Below are positions 37,479 to 47,313 of a DNA stretch of 64,000 nt, in pieces. The notes below the pieces were generated by a model. That model did no database searches. It was not told the DNA's origin and worked only from the letters and a program-made list of their open reading frames with translations. Each line of letters begins with the position of its first letter. The stretch's first letter is position 1. Source of the stretch: Thalassospira sp. (GTDB lineage: Bacteria; Pseudomonadota; Alphaproteobacteria; Rhodospirillales; Thalassospiraceae); NCBI RefSeq assembly GCF_002709775.1, contig NZ_PAQR01000043.1:15192-79191 (forward strand), written 5' to 3'. Position numbers and translations under genes: made by a program.

Positions 37479-40316
37479 ATGAGTGTCGAATACAAGAAAA
37501 CCGTTATCCTGCCCAAGACCGATTTCCCGATGCGGGCGGGTTTGCCAAAGATGGAGCCCACCCTGCTTGAGCAGTGGAAAAACGAGGACCTCTACGGCAA
37601 AATTCGCGGTATTTCTGCCGATCGTGAAATGTTTGTCCTGCATGACGGCCCTCCTTACGCGAACGGCCACCTGCATATTGGTCATGCACTGAACAAGATC
37701 CTTAAAGACGTGATCACCCGTTCCCAGCAGATGCTGGGCAAGAACGCTGTTTACGTTCCGGGTTGGGACTGCCACGGCCTTCCGATCGAATGGAAGATCG
37801 AAGAACAGTATCGTGCCAAGGGCAAGAACAAGGACGATGTTCCGATTGCCGAATTCCGCAAGGAATGCCGCGAGTTCGCCCAGAAATGGCTTGATGTTCA
37901 GCGCGAAGAATTCAAACGCCTTGGCGTGATGGGTGACTGGGATAACCCCTATGTCACCATGGATTACAAGGCAGAAGCCTCCATCGCGCGTGAACTCGGC
38001 AAGTTCCTGATGAACGGTTCGCTCTATATGGGCTCGAAACCGGTCATGTGGTCGGTGGTTGAAAAGACCGCGCTCGCCGAGGCCGAGGTCGAATATCACG
38101 ACCATACGTCGAAAACGATCTATGTCCGTTTCCCGGTCACCGAGACCAAGGTTGATCTGCTGAAAGATGCGACCATCGTCATCTGGACCACGACCCCGTG
38201 GACCATTCCGGGCAACCGTGCAATTTCCTATGGCGAAGACATCGAATATTCCGTCATCGAAGTCACCGAAACCGCCGAAGAAGCATGGGCCACCGTTGGC
38301 GAGAAGATGGCGGTTTGTACCGACCTTCTCGAAGACCTGTGCAAGAACGGTCGCGTGACTGGTCACAAGGTTGTCGGCACCTTCAAGGGTTCCGAACTTG
38401 AAGGTACTCTGTCGGCCCATCCGTTCCGCGGGCAGGGTTATGAGTTCGATGTGCCGCTTCTGGCTGCTGATTATGTCACGACCGATACCGGTACCGGCTT
38501 TGTCCATACCGCACCGACCCACGGCCCAGACGATTACCAGACCGGTCTGAAATACGGTCTGGAAGTACCGGAAATGGTCGATGGCGACGGTGCCTATTAT
38601 CAGACCGTGCCGCTGTTTGCCGGCGAACGTATCTATGACGAAAACGGCAAGGAAGCCGGTGCGAACGAAGCGGTTATCGCCAAGCTGATCGAAGTTGGCG
38701 CGCTGCTGTCGCGTGGTCGTCTCAAGCACTCCTATCCGTGCTCCTGGCGTTCCAAGGCGCCGGTGATCTATCGCACCACGCCGCAGTGGTTCATTTCCAT
38801 GCAGGACAATGACCTGCGCGAAAAGGCGCTCAAGGCGATTGATGAAACCCGCTTTGTGCCGGAAGCCGGTCGCAACCGCCTGCATTCCATGATCGCCAAC
38901 CGTCCGGACTGGTGCGTTTCGCGTCAGCGCGCATGGGGGGTGCCGATCACGGGGTTCATCGAAAAAAGCACTCGTCAGCCGCTGCGTGATCAGGAAGTTC
39001 TTGATCGTGTTTACGAAGCCTTCTGCGAAGAAGGGGCCGATGCATGGTTCACCCGTGACGCGCAGTATTTCCTTGGCGACAAATACAAGGCCGATGATTT
39101 CGAACAGGTCACCGACGTTCTTGACGTCTGGTTTGATTCCGGTTCGACCCACGCCTTCGTGCTTGAAGAACGTCAGGACCTGAAATGGCCAGCGGATCTG
39201 TATCTCGAAGGTTCTGATCAGCATCGCGGCTGGTTCCACAGCTCGCTGCTTGAATCATGCGGCACCCGTGGTCGTGCACCGTATGAAGCGGTTCTGACCC
39301 ACGGCTTCGTGCTTGATGGTGAAGGCCGCAAGATGTCCAAGTCGCTGGGCAACGTCATTGCGCCGAACGATGTGATCGACAAGCTGGGCGCCGATATCCT
39401 GCGTCTTTGGGTGGTTAGCTCGGACTATCATGATGATCTGCGCATCAGCCATGAAATCATTCAGCGCCATTCCGACATCTATCGTCGTCTGCGCAACACG
39501 CTGCGCTTCCTGCTGGGGAACCTTGATGGCTTCACCGAGTCCGAAAAGGTCGCCGATAACGAACTCCCGGAACTCGAACGCTGGGTTCTGCATCGTCTGA
39601 GCCACCTTGATGACATGGTGCGCAAGACGACCGCGGATTACGATTTCCACACCATGTTTATCGAGCTGCATAACTTCTGCGCGCTCGATATGTCGGCGTT
39701 CTACCTTGATATCCGCAAGGACGCGCTTTATTGCGACGCGCCAAGCAGCCTGCGCCGTCGCGCGGCCCGCACCGTCATGGATCGCGTGTTTGATTGCCTT
39801 GTGCGTTGGTTGGCACCGGTTCTGTGCTTTACCGCCGATGAAGCATGGCGTGCCCGTTATGGTGCCGATAGCTCCGTCCATTCGGAAACCTTCAACACGG
39901 TGTCCGATGGCTGGAAAGACGATGCACTGGCTGCCAAATGGGCAAAAATCCGCAAGCTTCGCCGTGTTGTCACCGGTGCGCTTGAACTTGAACGTGCGGA
40001 AAAACGCATTGGCGCAAGCCTTGATGCCGCACCGAAGGTTTATGCCGACGCCGAATATGTCGAAGCACTTAACGGCCTTAATCTTGCCGAAATCGCCATT
40101 ACATCTGACATCGAACTGATCACGGGTGAAGCACCGGCTGGTGCCTATACCCTTGATGATGTTGCAGGTGTTGGTGTCGTGCCGGCATTGGCAGACGGCG
40201 AGAAATGCGAACGTTGCTGGCAGACCCTGCCGGAAGTCGGCAGCCACGCCGAACACAAAGCCGTTTGCAACCGCTGTGCGGATGCCGTTGATGAAATGGG
40301 AATTGCTGCCGAATAA
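37479..40316 (+). CDS. ileS: Isoleucine--tRNA ligase
   Basis: HDGPPYANG, HIGH, PGWDCHGLPIE, KMSKS and the C-terminal CERCW...CNRC zinc finger. Confidence 0.99.
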   Translation: MSVEYKKTVILPKTDFPMRAGLPKMEPTLLEQWKNEDLYGKIRGISADREMFVLHDGPPYANGHLHIGHALNKILKDVITRSQQMLGKNAVYVPGWDCHGLPIEWKIEEQYRAKGKNKDDVPIAEFRKECREFAQKWLDVQREEFKRLGVMGDWDNPYVTMDYKAEASIARELGKFLMNGSLYMGSKPVMWSVVEKTALAEAEVEYHDHTSKTIYVRFPVTETKVDLLKDATIVIWTTTPWTIPGNRAISYGEDIEYSVIEVTETAEEAWATVGEKMAVCTDLLEDLCKNGRVTGHKVVGTFKGSELEGTLSAHPFRGQGYEFDVPLLAADYVTTDTGTGFVHTAPTHGPDDYQTGLKYGLEVPEMVDGDGAYYQTVPLFAGERIYDENGKEAGANEAVIAKLIEVGALLSRGRLKHSYPCSWRSKAPVIYRTTPQWFISMQDNDLREKALKAIDETRFVPEAGRNRLHSMIANRPDWCVSRQRAWGVPITGFIEKSTRQPLRDQEVLDRVYEAFCEEGADAWFTRDAQYFLGDKYKADDFEQVTDVLDVWFDSGSTHAFVLEERQDLKWPADLYLEGSDQHRGWFHSSLLESCGTRGRAPYEAVLTHGFVLDGEGRKMSKSLGNVIAPNDVIDKLGADILRLWVVSSDYHDDLRISHEIIQRHSDIYRRLRNTLRFLLGNLDGFTESEKVADNELPELERWVLHRLSHLDDMVRKTTADYDFHTMFIELHNFCALDMSAFYLDIRKDALYCDAPSSLRRRAARTVMDRVFDCLVRWLAPVLCFTADEAWRARYGADSSVHSETFNTVSDGWKDDALAAKWAKIRKLRRVVTGALELERAEKRIGASLDAAPKVYADAEYVEALNGLNLAEIAITSDIELITGEAPAGAYTLDDVAGVGVVPALADGEKCERCWQTLPEVGSHAEHKAVCNRCADAVDEMGIAAE

Positions 40317-40381
40317 GGGTGGCGTTTGGGAAAGCCCTGCCTGATGGCAGGGCAGATACTGGCAAGTCAGAAAGAGTGTTG

Positions 40382-40852
40382 ATGAAACATCGTGCCTTTG
40401 TCTTTGGTCTGATCGTCATTGCAATCGTGTTTGGTGTCGACCAGTGGACCAAGGCGCTTGCCATTGACGGGCTTTCTGCCCCGTTTCGCAAGATCGAAGT
40501 CACGCCGTTTATGAACTTTGTTCTGGCCTGGAACCCGGGCGTTTCGTTCGGCCTGTTTCAGGGGCAGGCACCTTGGGTGATGATTGCGATTACCGCGGCC
40601 ATCACGATCGGCTTTGGCGTCTGGATGTGGCGCACACGTGATTCCATGCTGCGCTTTGCACTCGCCATGATCATTGGCGGGGCAATCGGCAATCTGGTGG
40701 ATCGCCTGCGTCATGGCGCTGTGACCGACTTCATTGATCTGCATGTTGCGGGCTATCACTGGCCGGTCTTCAATGTCGCTGATAGCGCAATCACGGTTGG
40801 TGCCGCGCTACTGTTGATCGATTCCCTTTTTGGCGGTAAAAAATCTACCTGA
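40382..40852 (+). CDS. lspA: Lipoprotein signal peptidase II
   Basis: DQWTK, NPGVSFG, GAIGNLVDR, VTDFI, FNVADSAI. Confidence 0.96.
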   Translation: MKHRAFVFGLIVIAIVFGVDQWTKALAIDGLSAPFRKIEVTPFMNFVLAWNPGVSFGLFQGQAPWVMIAITAAITIGFGVWMWRTRDSMLRFALAMIIGGAIGNLVDRLRHGAVTDFIDLHVAGYHWPVFNVADSAITVGAALLLIDSLFGGKKST

Positions 40853-40904
40853 TGAATTTTCGCCGGGCCTTAAAGCCCGGTTCAGACGTGGTAATGAGGC
40901 GCAC

Positions 40905-41486
40905 ATGGCCCGGAAACTGACGACCAATATTTTCAAAATTGCATTGCTGGGCGGACTTGCGCTTGGCGTTTCCGGTTGTGAATCAACACGCGAAACCTTT
41001 GGCCTGAACAAACAGTCCCCGGACGAGTTCGCCGTTGTCTCGCGCGCACCGCTAAGCCTGCCGCCTGATTTTACGCTGCGTGTTCCTGATCCGGGTGCAC
41101 CGCGCCCGCAGACCGGTTCGACCACTGATCAGGCGCGTCGTATTCTGGTGGGCGAAGACCCCAATCAGGTTAAACGCGACATTACCGAAGGCACACGCAG
41201 TAAAGGTCAGGTTGCCCTTCTGTCGGCATCGGGCGCGCAATATGCCGATCCGGAAATCCGCAACACGGTTGATCGTGAAACCTCGATCTTCATTTCCGAA
41301 AGCGAAGGTGTCGTTGACGACCTTCTGTTCTGGCAGGAAAAGCCGGAATTCGGATCCGTGGTTGACCCGGCAGCCGAAGCCAAGCGTATCCGCGATCAGC
41401 AGGCCCTGGGCGACAATGTTTCCGGTGGTGCCGATACCCCTGTGATCGAACGCAAACAGAAGGGCTGGCTGGAAGATATCTTCTAA
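40905..41486 (+). CDS. DUF3035-family lipoprotein
   Basis: Lipobox VSGC, PDEFAVVSRAPLSLPPDFTLRVPDPGAPRPQ. Usual position after lspA in alphaproteobacteria. Confidence 0.8.
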   Translation: MARKLTTNIFKIALLGGLALGVSGCESTRETFGLNKQSPDEFAVVSRAPLSLPPDFTLRVPDPGAPRPQTGSTTDQARRILVGEDPNQVKRDITEGTRSKGQVALLSASGAQYADPEIRNTVDRETSIFISESEGVVDDLLFWQEKPEFGSVVDPAAEAKRIRDQQALGDNVSGGADTPVIERKQKGWLEDIF

Positions 41487-41531
41487 GCTTTTCTCCTTGG
41501 TTTTGCGACCACACGACAATTTGATGAATTC

Positions 41532-41564
41532 GAACAAGGGCGCGATGGTTTCGCGCCCTTGTTC
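41532..41564 (+). terminator. Strong stem-loop after the DUF3035 gene
   Basis: GAACAAGGGCGCGA-TGGTT-TCGCGCCCTTGTTC, a perfect 14-bp stem. Confidence 0.7.
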
Positions 41565-41647
41565 TGTCATATTCGGTTTTTAAGAAATGCCTGTTGAATG
41601 CGATTGCGCTGTTCTGGCGCATCGGCATTCAAACACCCTGTTTGCTC

Positions 41648-41912
41648 AGGGTCAGGACCTACTAATTTGATTTGAATGGCAGACGTTATATTTGTGAAAT
41701 GCAAGGAAAAGCACGTCGGGCGGGCTGGTATCCCGGCCAAGGGGTTTGACGCAGGAGTTCGCAAATATAACGTCTGTCCTTCGGATTAACCGGATTTGCA
41801 CGGGCTACTTTGTCGTAAAGCTTTGAAAGATATATATCTGTCTGCAGCTTTACTTCGCGTATCCGCACAAATCCGGTGAACCAGTCAAATCAAATTAGTA
41901 GGTCCTGACCCT
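41648..41912. mobile_element. MITE-like non-autonomous element (265 bp) with perfect 28-bp terminal inverted repeats
   Basis: AGGGTCAGGACCTACTAATTTGATTTGA at 41648-41675 and its exact reverse complement at 41885-41912. No transposase inside. Confidence 0.8.
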
Positions 41913-41943
41913 AACCATGCCTGATTTGGAATGGGACGCCACA

Positions 41944-43365
41944 ATGAGAATTTCTGGAACTTTCCGATCCGTGACGCGCAGCTCCTTGGCTGTGCTCGCC
42001 CTTGCCGCACTCACCCTTGCCTTCGTGCCGGGGCTGGCCCGTGCGGCGGTGTTCAACCCGCAAACCGCAACCCTTGATAACGGGATGCAGGTCGTGCTGG
42101 TGGAAAACCACCGTGCACCGGTTGTCACCCATATGGTCTGGTACAAGGTCGGCTCGGCCGACGAGCCGCAAGGTGTGTCGGGCATTGCCCATTTCCTTGA
42201 ACACCTGATGTTCAAGGGGACCGACGATATTGCGCCGGGCGATTTTTCCAAGATCGTTGCGCGCAATGGCGGCAATGACAACGCCTTTACCAGCTGGGAC
42301 TATACCGGATACTTCCAGAACATCGCTCGGGACCGGCTTGATCTGGTGATGAAGATGGAAGCCGACCGCATGACCAATCTGAAGCTTTCTGATGATGTGG
42401 TTCTCCCGGAACGTGATGTGATCATTGAGGAACGCCGTTCGCGCCTCGATACCAGCCCGGGTGCGCTTCTGGGCGAACAGATGCGCGCATCCCTCTATAT
42501 GGCCCATCCCTATGGCCGTTCGATCATTGGTTGGCTCAATGAAATGGAGCAGCTTACCACCGAAGACGCGCTCGCATTCTATCGCGACTGGTATGCGCCC
42601 AATAACGCCATTCTGGTCGTTGCCGGCGATATCACCATGGATGAGCTGCTGCCGATGGCCGAAAAATATTACGGCGTCATTCCGCGCGGCAAGGACATGA
42701 CGCGTAACAGGGTTCAGGAACCGGTTCAGCACGCCCCGCGCAAGGTCACCATGCGCGACCCGCAGGTCGGTCAGGCATCCTGGTCGCGTTATTACCTTGC
42801 CCCGTCCTACAACACCGACGGGGCCGACGCCGCACCGCTGGATGTGCTTTCCGAAATCATCGGGTCGGGTACCACCAGCCGCTTCTTCAAGGCGCTTGTC
42901 GTTGATCAGGAAATCGCTTCAAGCGTCGGGACCTTCTATGATCCGGTCGCAGTTGATCTGGCAAGCTTTGGTGTCTATGCGGTTCCGCGCGGTGATGTTG
43001 ACCTTGCCGATCTTGAAAAGGCTGTCGAGGCCCAGATTGCCAAGGTCGTGTCAGATGGTGTCACACAGGACGAACTCGACCGGGCCAAGCAGAAGCTTCT
43101 TGATAGTGCGGTCTTTGCCCGTGATTCGCTTTCGGCCGGTGCGCGTGTACTTGGTCAGTCGCTTGCGGTTGGCCTCAGCGTCGATCAGGTCGAAAGCTGG
43201 CCGGACCGGATTTCGGCTGTGACGGTGGATCAAGTCAATGAGGCCGCCAAACGGGTCTTCGATGACAAGAAATCTGTCACCGGCTGGCTGATGCCGCCCG
43301 AAGGTGGCCCGGTCACCGGGGCTGGTGCGGCGCTTCCGATCACGTCTGGCGAAGGAGTACACTGA
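41944..43365 (+). CDS. M16 (pitrilysin-family) zinc peptidase, catalytic subunit
   Basis: Signal peptide, WYKVGSADE, HFLEHLMFKGT (HxxEH), NAFTSWDYTGY, EERR. Confidence 0.93.
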   Translation: MRISGTFRSVTRSSLAVLALAALTLAFVPGLARAAVFNPQTATLDNGMQVVLVENHRAPVVTHMVWYKVGSADEPQGVSGIAHFLEHLMFKGTDDIAPGDFSKIVARNGGNDNAFTSWDYTGYFQNIARDRLDLVMKMEADRMTNLKLSDDVVLPERDVIIEERRSRLDTSPGALLGEQMRASLYMAHPYGRSIIGWLNEMEQLTTEDALAFYRDWYAPNNAILVVAGDITMDELLPMAEKYYGVIPRGKDMTRNRVQEPVQHAPRKVTMRDPQVGQASWSRYYLAPSYNTDGADAAPLDVLSEIIGSGTTSRFFKALVVDQEIASSVGTFYDPVAVDLASFGVYAVPRGDVDLADLEKAVEAQIAKVVSDGVTQDELDRAKQKLLDSAVFARDSLSAGARVLGQSLAVGLSVDQVESWPDRISAVTVDQVNEAAKRVFDDKKSVTGWLMPPEGGPVTGAGAALPITSGEGVH

Positions 43366-43366
43366 T

Positions 43367-44698
43367 ATGAACAAGCTGTTTAAACAGATTGCCGGTGTTG
43401 CCTTTGCGTCCGCCCTTGGTTTGGGCTTAACCACACAGGCCAAGGCGGTTGAGGTTCAGGAAGTGATTTCGGATGGCGGCATTCGTGCATGGCTGATCGA
43501 AGATCACATGAACCCGCTGATGACCATGGATATCGCCTTTACCGGTGCCGGTGCGGCCACCGATCCCGATGGCAAGCTTGGCTTGGCCAACATGGTTTCG
43601 GGTCTGATCGACGAAGGTGCCGGCGCCATGGACAGCCAGACCTTCCGCGGTGAGATGGAAAACCGTTCCATCAGCCTGTCCTTTGATGCCGGGCGTGATG
43701 ATTTTGCGGGATCGCTGACCACACTTACCCGTGAACGCGATACCGCGATTGATCTGCTGCGTCTGGCCCTGTCCGAACCGCGCTTTGATGACGAGGCGGT
43801 TGAACGCATTCGTGCCCAGATCGTCTCGGGCCTGAAGCGCGCTGAAACCGATCCGCGCGATATTGCCAGCCGCACGTTTTTTGCCTCGATCTTTGGCGAC
43901 CATCCCTATGGCCGTCCGGTGTCGGGCACGCTTGAAACCGTAGCGGGCCTAAATGCCAATGACTTTCGCGGCTTTGTGCGCCGGGCCTTTGCCAAGGATA
44001 ATCTGATTGTTGGTGTTGCCGGTGACATCACGGCAAAGGAACTTGGTCCGCTGCTTGATGAGGCCTTCGGCGCGCTGCCCGATAAAAGCGATCTGCCGAC
44101 GGTCGCCGATGTCACGCCGACTTTCGGTGATATCGAAGTGATCGAACAGGACATTCCGCAAAGTCAGGCGATCTGGGGCCAGAAAGGCATCAAGCGCAAG
44201 GACCCTGATTTCTATGCCGCCTATGTGATGAACTACATCCTTGGCGGTGGTGGTTTCTCGTCACGTTTGACCGAGGAAGTCCGTGAAAAGCGCGGCCTTG
44301 CTTATGGTGTCTATAGCTACCTTGCCGATCTGGACCATGCCGAAATGATGATGGGCGGGGTTGCCACGCGCAATGACGCAATTGGTCAAAGCCTGTCTTT
44401 GATCAGCACGGAATGGAGCAAGATGAAGCAGGATGGCATTGATCAGGAAGAACTTGATAATGCCAAGGCCTACCTCACCGGCGCCTTCCCGCTGCGCTTC
44501 ACAAGCCTTGGCAACCTGTCGGGTATGCTGGTCGGTATGCAAAAGGAAGACCTTGGCATGGACTTCCTGGATCGTCGCAATGACATGGTCAATGCCGTGA
44601 CCCTTGATGACGTCAACCGGGTTGCGGCTGATCTGATGGATCCAGCCAATGTCACGGTCACTGTGGTGGGCAAGCCTGAAGGTGAACTGGCCTTCTGA
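43367..44698 (+). CDS. M16 peptidase, non-catalytic partner subunit
   Basis: Signal peptide, M16 fold motifs (GHPY-like DHPYGRP, VREKRGLAYGVYS) and no HxxEH. Confidence 0.9.
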   Translation: MNKLFKQIAGVAFASALGLGLTTQAKAVEVQEVISDGGIRAWLIEDHMNPLMTMDIAFTGAGAATDPDGKLGLANMVSGLIDEGAGAMDSQTFRGEMENRSISLSFDAGRDDFAGSLTTLTRERDTAIDLLRLALSEPRFDDEAVERIRAQIVSGLKRAETDPRDIASRTFFASIFGDHPYGRPVSGTLETVAGLNANDFRGFVRRAFAKDNLIVGVAGDITAKELGPLLDEAFGALPDKSDLPTVADVTPTFGDIEVIEQDIPQSQAIWGQKGIKRKDPDFYAAYVMNYILGGGGFSSRLTEEVREKRGLAYGVYSYLADLDHAEMMMGGVATRNDAIGQSLSLISTEWSKMKQDGIDQEELDNAKAYLTGAFPLRFTSLGNLSGMLVGMQKEDLGMDFLDRRNDMVNAVTLDDVNRVAADLMDPANVTVTVVGKPEGELAF

Positions 44699-44730
44699 TC
44701 GCAGACCGAACCCAAGGCCTTAAAAGTTGC

Positions 44731-44762
44731 AAAGCGCGGTGAAAGGGATTTCGCCGCGCTTT
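44731..44762 (+). terminator. Stem-loop terminator
   Basis: AAAGCGCGGTGAAA-GGGA-TTTCGCCGCGCTTT. Confidence 0.7.
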
Positions 44763-44823
44763 GTGCTTTGATAGGTTCAGTTCAAACAACAATACCCATT
44801 CGAACATCACGAGCACCGCCTTC

Positions 44824-46785
44824 ATGACCCTGCGCGTCCTGCCACAGAACCTGATCAACCAGATTGCCGCCGGTGAGGTGGTCGAACGTCCTGCGGCGGC
44901 CCTCAAGGAATTGGTGGAAAATGCGCTCGATGCCGGGGCGACGCGGGTGGATGTCAATCTGCGTGATGGCGGCCGGACGTTGCTGTCTGTCACCGATGAT
45001 GGCAAGGGCATGACGCCCGACGAACTGGCACTGGCGGTCGAACGCCATGCGACCTCCAAGCTGCCCGACGATGATCTGTTTAATATCGGTTTCATGGGCT
45101 TTCGCGGCGAAGCCTTGCCATCCATCGGGTCGGTGTCGCGCATGCGCCTGACCAGCCGTGTGCGCGGCTCCGAAAATGCCTGGACGCTGGCGGTGGAAGG
45201 CGGGGCAAAGGGCGAACCGGAACCGGCCGCCCATCCCTATGGCACGCGGGTTGAAGTGCGTGATCTTTTCTATGCCACGCCAGCACGTCTGAAGTTCCTG
45301 AAAACCGCGCGGACCGAACAGATGTATGCCCGCGAGATCATGGATCGTCTGGCCATGGCGCGCCCGGATGTCGGCTTTACGCTGAGCGGTGATAACAACA
45401 AGACGATCCTGAATTACCCGGCCTGCGAAGGCGATCTGTTTGATGCCCGCCTGAAACGGCTGGGTGCAGTGATGGGGCGCGAATTTCAGGATAACGCCCT
45501 TCAGATCGAGGCAGAGCGTGAAGGCATCCGGCTCACCGGCTATGCCGGGGTGCCGACGCTTAACCGTGGTAATGCCCAGATGCAGTTCATGTTTGTCAAT
45601 GGCCGCCCGGTCAAGGACCGGCTGTTGCAAGGGGCTGTGCGCGGCGCCTATCAGGATTTCCTGGCGCGTGATCGTCACCCGTTATTGGCACTTTTCTTTG
45701 AGCTGACGCCGCGTGATGTCGACGTCAACGTCCATCCCGGCAAGACCGAGGTCCGGTTCCGCGATCCCGGATTGGTGCGCGGGCTGATTGTCGGGGCGTT
45801 GAAACATGCACTGGCCGGCGCAGGCCATCGGGCCTCGACCACAGTCGCCGACATGGCGCTGGGCGCTGTGCGCCGCGAAGGTGAGGGACCCTCGCTTCCT
45901 TATGGCGGTGGCGCACGCACCGGGACGGGCGGCGGATTTAACATCGGGCAATATCAGCCAAGTGTGCCCGGTCATGCTGCCATTGAACGCAATTACGCTG
46001 CCCAGGCCCCGATGGAAAATCAGGGGAATTATGGCGGGCTTTTTGATCGCGGACGTGAATTTGGCGGATCGGGTGGTAGCGCTAACATCGGAGGCGGTGA
46101 AGGCGGTTTTGCTGCTGCCGCAGCCGCAGCGTTGACTGGCGGCTATGACGCGGCTGCGCCATCGGCCCGCATTGATAACATCGCTGATGAAGGCAAGTTT
46201 GTTGATCATCCGCTGGGGGCGGCGCGCGGGCAGGTCCATGCCAACTACATCATTGCCCAGACCCGTGACGGGTTGGTGATTGTCGATCAGCATGCCGCCC
46301 ATGAACGCATTGTCTATGAACGCATGAAGGCTGATCTCGCCGAAAGTGGCGTGAAGCGTCAGGGACTGTTGCTGCCCGAAGTGGTCGAACTCGACGAGGC
46401 ATCCGCTGATCGTATTGCCGAACGTGCAGAGGAATTTGCCGAGCTTGGTTTGGTGATCGAGCCGTTTGGTCCCGGTGCAATTGTTGTGCGGGAAGTGCCC
46501 GCCATGCTGGGCAAGGTCGATGTCAGCGCACTGGTGCGCGACATGGCCGATGAAATCGCCGAACTGGGGCAGGGCATGGCGCTGAAAGACCGGCTTATGT
46601 ATGTCTGTGCGACCATGGCCTGTCATGGATCGGTGCGTTCTGGCCGCAAACTTAATGCCGATGAAATGAATGCGCTTTTGCGCCAGATGGAAGCTACCCC
46701 GCATTCGGGACAGTGCAACCATGGCCGCCCGACCTATGTCGAGCTTAAGCTCAATGACATCGAAAAGATGTTTGGCCGCAGATAG
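44824..46785 (+). CDS. mutL: DNA mismatch repair endonuclease MutL
   Basis: [47 protein letters not shown]-like [14 protein letters not shown]. Confidence 0.98.
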   Translation: MTLRVLPQNLINQIAAGEVVERPAAALKELVENALDAGATRVDVNLRDGGRTLLSVTDDGKGMTPDELALAVERHATSKLPDDDLFNIGFMGFRGEALPSIGSVSRMRLTSRVRGSENAWTLAVEGGAKGEPEPAAHPYGTRVEVRDLFYATPARLKFLKTARTEQMYAREIMDRLAMARPDVGFTLSGDNNKTILNYPACEGDLFDARLKRLGAVMGREFQDNALQIEAEREGIRLTGYAGVPTLNRGNAQMQFMFVNGRPVKDRLLQGAVRGAYQDFLARDRHPLLALFFELTPRDVDVNVHPGKTEVRFRDPGLVRGLIVGALKHALAGAGHRASTTVADMALGAVRREGEGPSLPYGGGARTGTGGGFNIGQYQPSVPGHAAIERNYAAQAPMENQGNYGGLFDRGREFGGSGGSANIGGGEGGFAAAAAAALTGGYDAAAPSARIDNIADEGKFVDHPLGAARGQVHANYIIAQTRDGLVIVDQHAAHERIVYERMKADLAESGVKRQGLLLPEVVELDEASADRIAERAEEFAELGLVIEPFGPGAIVVREVPAMLGKVDVSALVRDMADEIAELGQGMALKDRLMYVCATMACHGSVRSGRKLNADEMNALLRQMEATPHSGQCNHGRPTYVELKLNDIEKMFGRR

Positions 46786-46797
46786 CTAGGAACGCAT

Positions 46798-47313
46798 ATG
46801 GCCGCGATCACGCTTCACATTGCCACACCCGATGATGCGGACGCCGTCACGGCACTGTTCAAGCGATCCTACGCGACGTTTCTCGTCGATGACTATGCGC
46901 CCGATGTTCTTGAACGTGGCATGGCCTTTCTCGCCCGGGCCAACCCGGATCTTCTGGCATCGGGCACCTATTATCTGGCCAAGACCGAAGCGGGCGATGT
47001 CGTTGGTGCCGGTGGCTGGACAGCAGTCCGTCCGGGCAGCGATGATGCAGATGTGCAAACGGGGCTGGCCCATGTCCGCCATTTCGCGGTCGATCCGGCT
47101 TATGCGCGCATGGGCATTGCCAGCATGCTGTTTGACCGTTGCGTAGAAGATGCCAAGGCGTCTGAGAATGTCACGCGCTTTGAATGCTATTCCACGCTGA
47201 GTGCCAGACGGTTTTATGAAACACGCGGTTTTCGGGTGATTGGCGATTTCGCCGCACCCTTTGCCCCGGATTTCAGCTTTCCGAGCCTGCATATGGTCTG
47301 TGATCTGGATTAA
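46798..47313 (+). CDS. GNAT-family N-acetyltransferase
   Basis: VRHFAVDPAYARMGIASML acetyl-CoA motif; STLSARRFYETRGF. Confidence 0.88.
   Translation: MAAITLHIATPDDADAVTALFKRSYATFLVDDYAPDVLERGMAFLARANPDLLASGTYYLAKTEAGDVVGAGGWTAVRPGSDDADVQTGLAHVRHFAVDPAYARMGIASMLFDRCVEDAKASENVTRFECYSTLSARRFYETRGFRVIGDFAAPFAPDFSFPSLHMVCDLD

Noticed and set aside
36273-39239. 988-aa minus-strand ORF
   Set aside because: Antisense shadow of ribF and ileS, expected in GC-rich DNA with strong codon bias; no protein motifs. The same applies to the many other overlapping ORFs in the track.
41587-41631. Second hairpin (TTGAATGC...GCATTCAA) just left of the MITE
   Set aside because: Outside the terminal repeat and seen once; most simply an additional terminator or stability hairpin.
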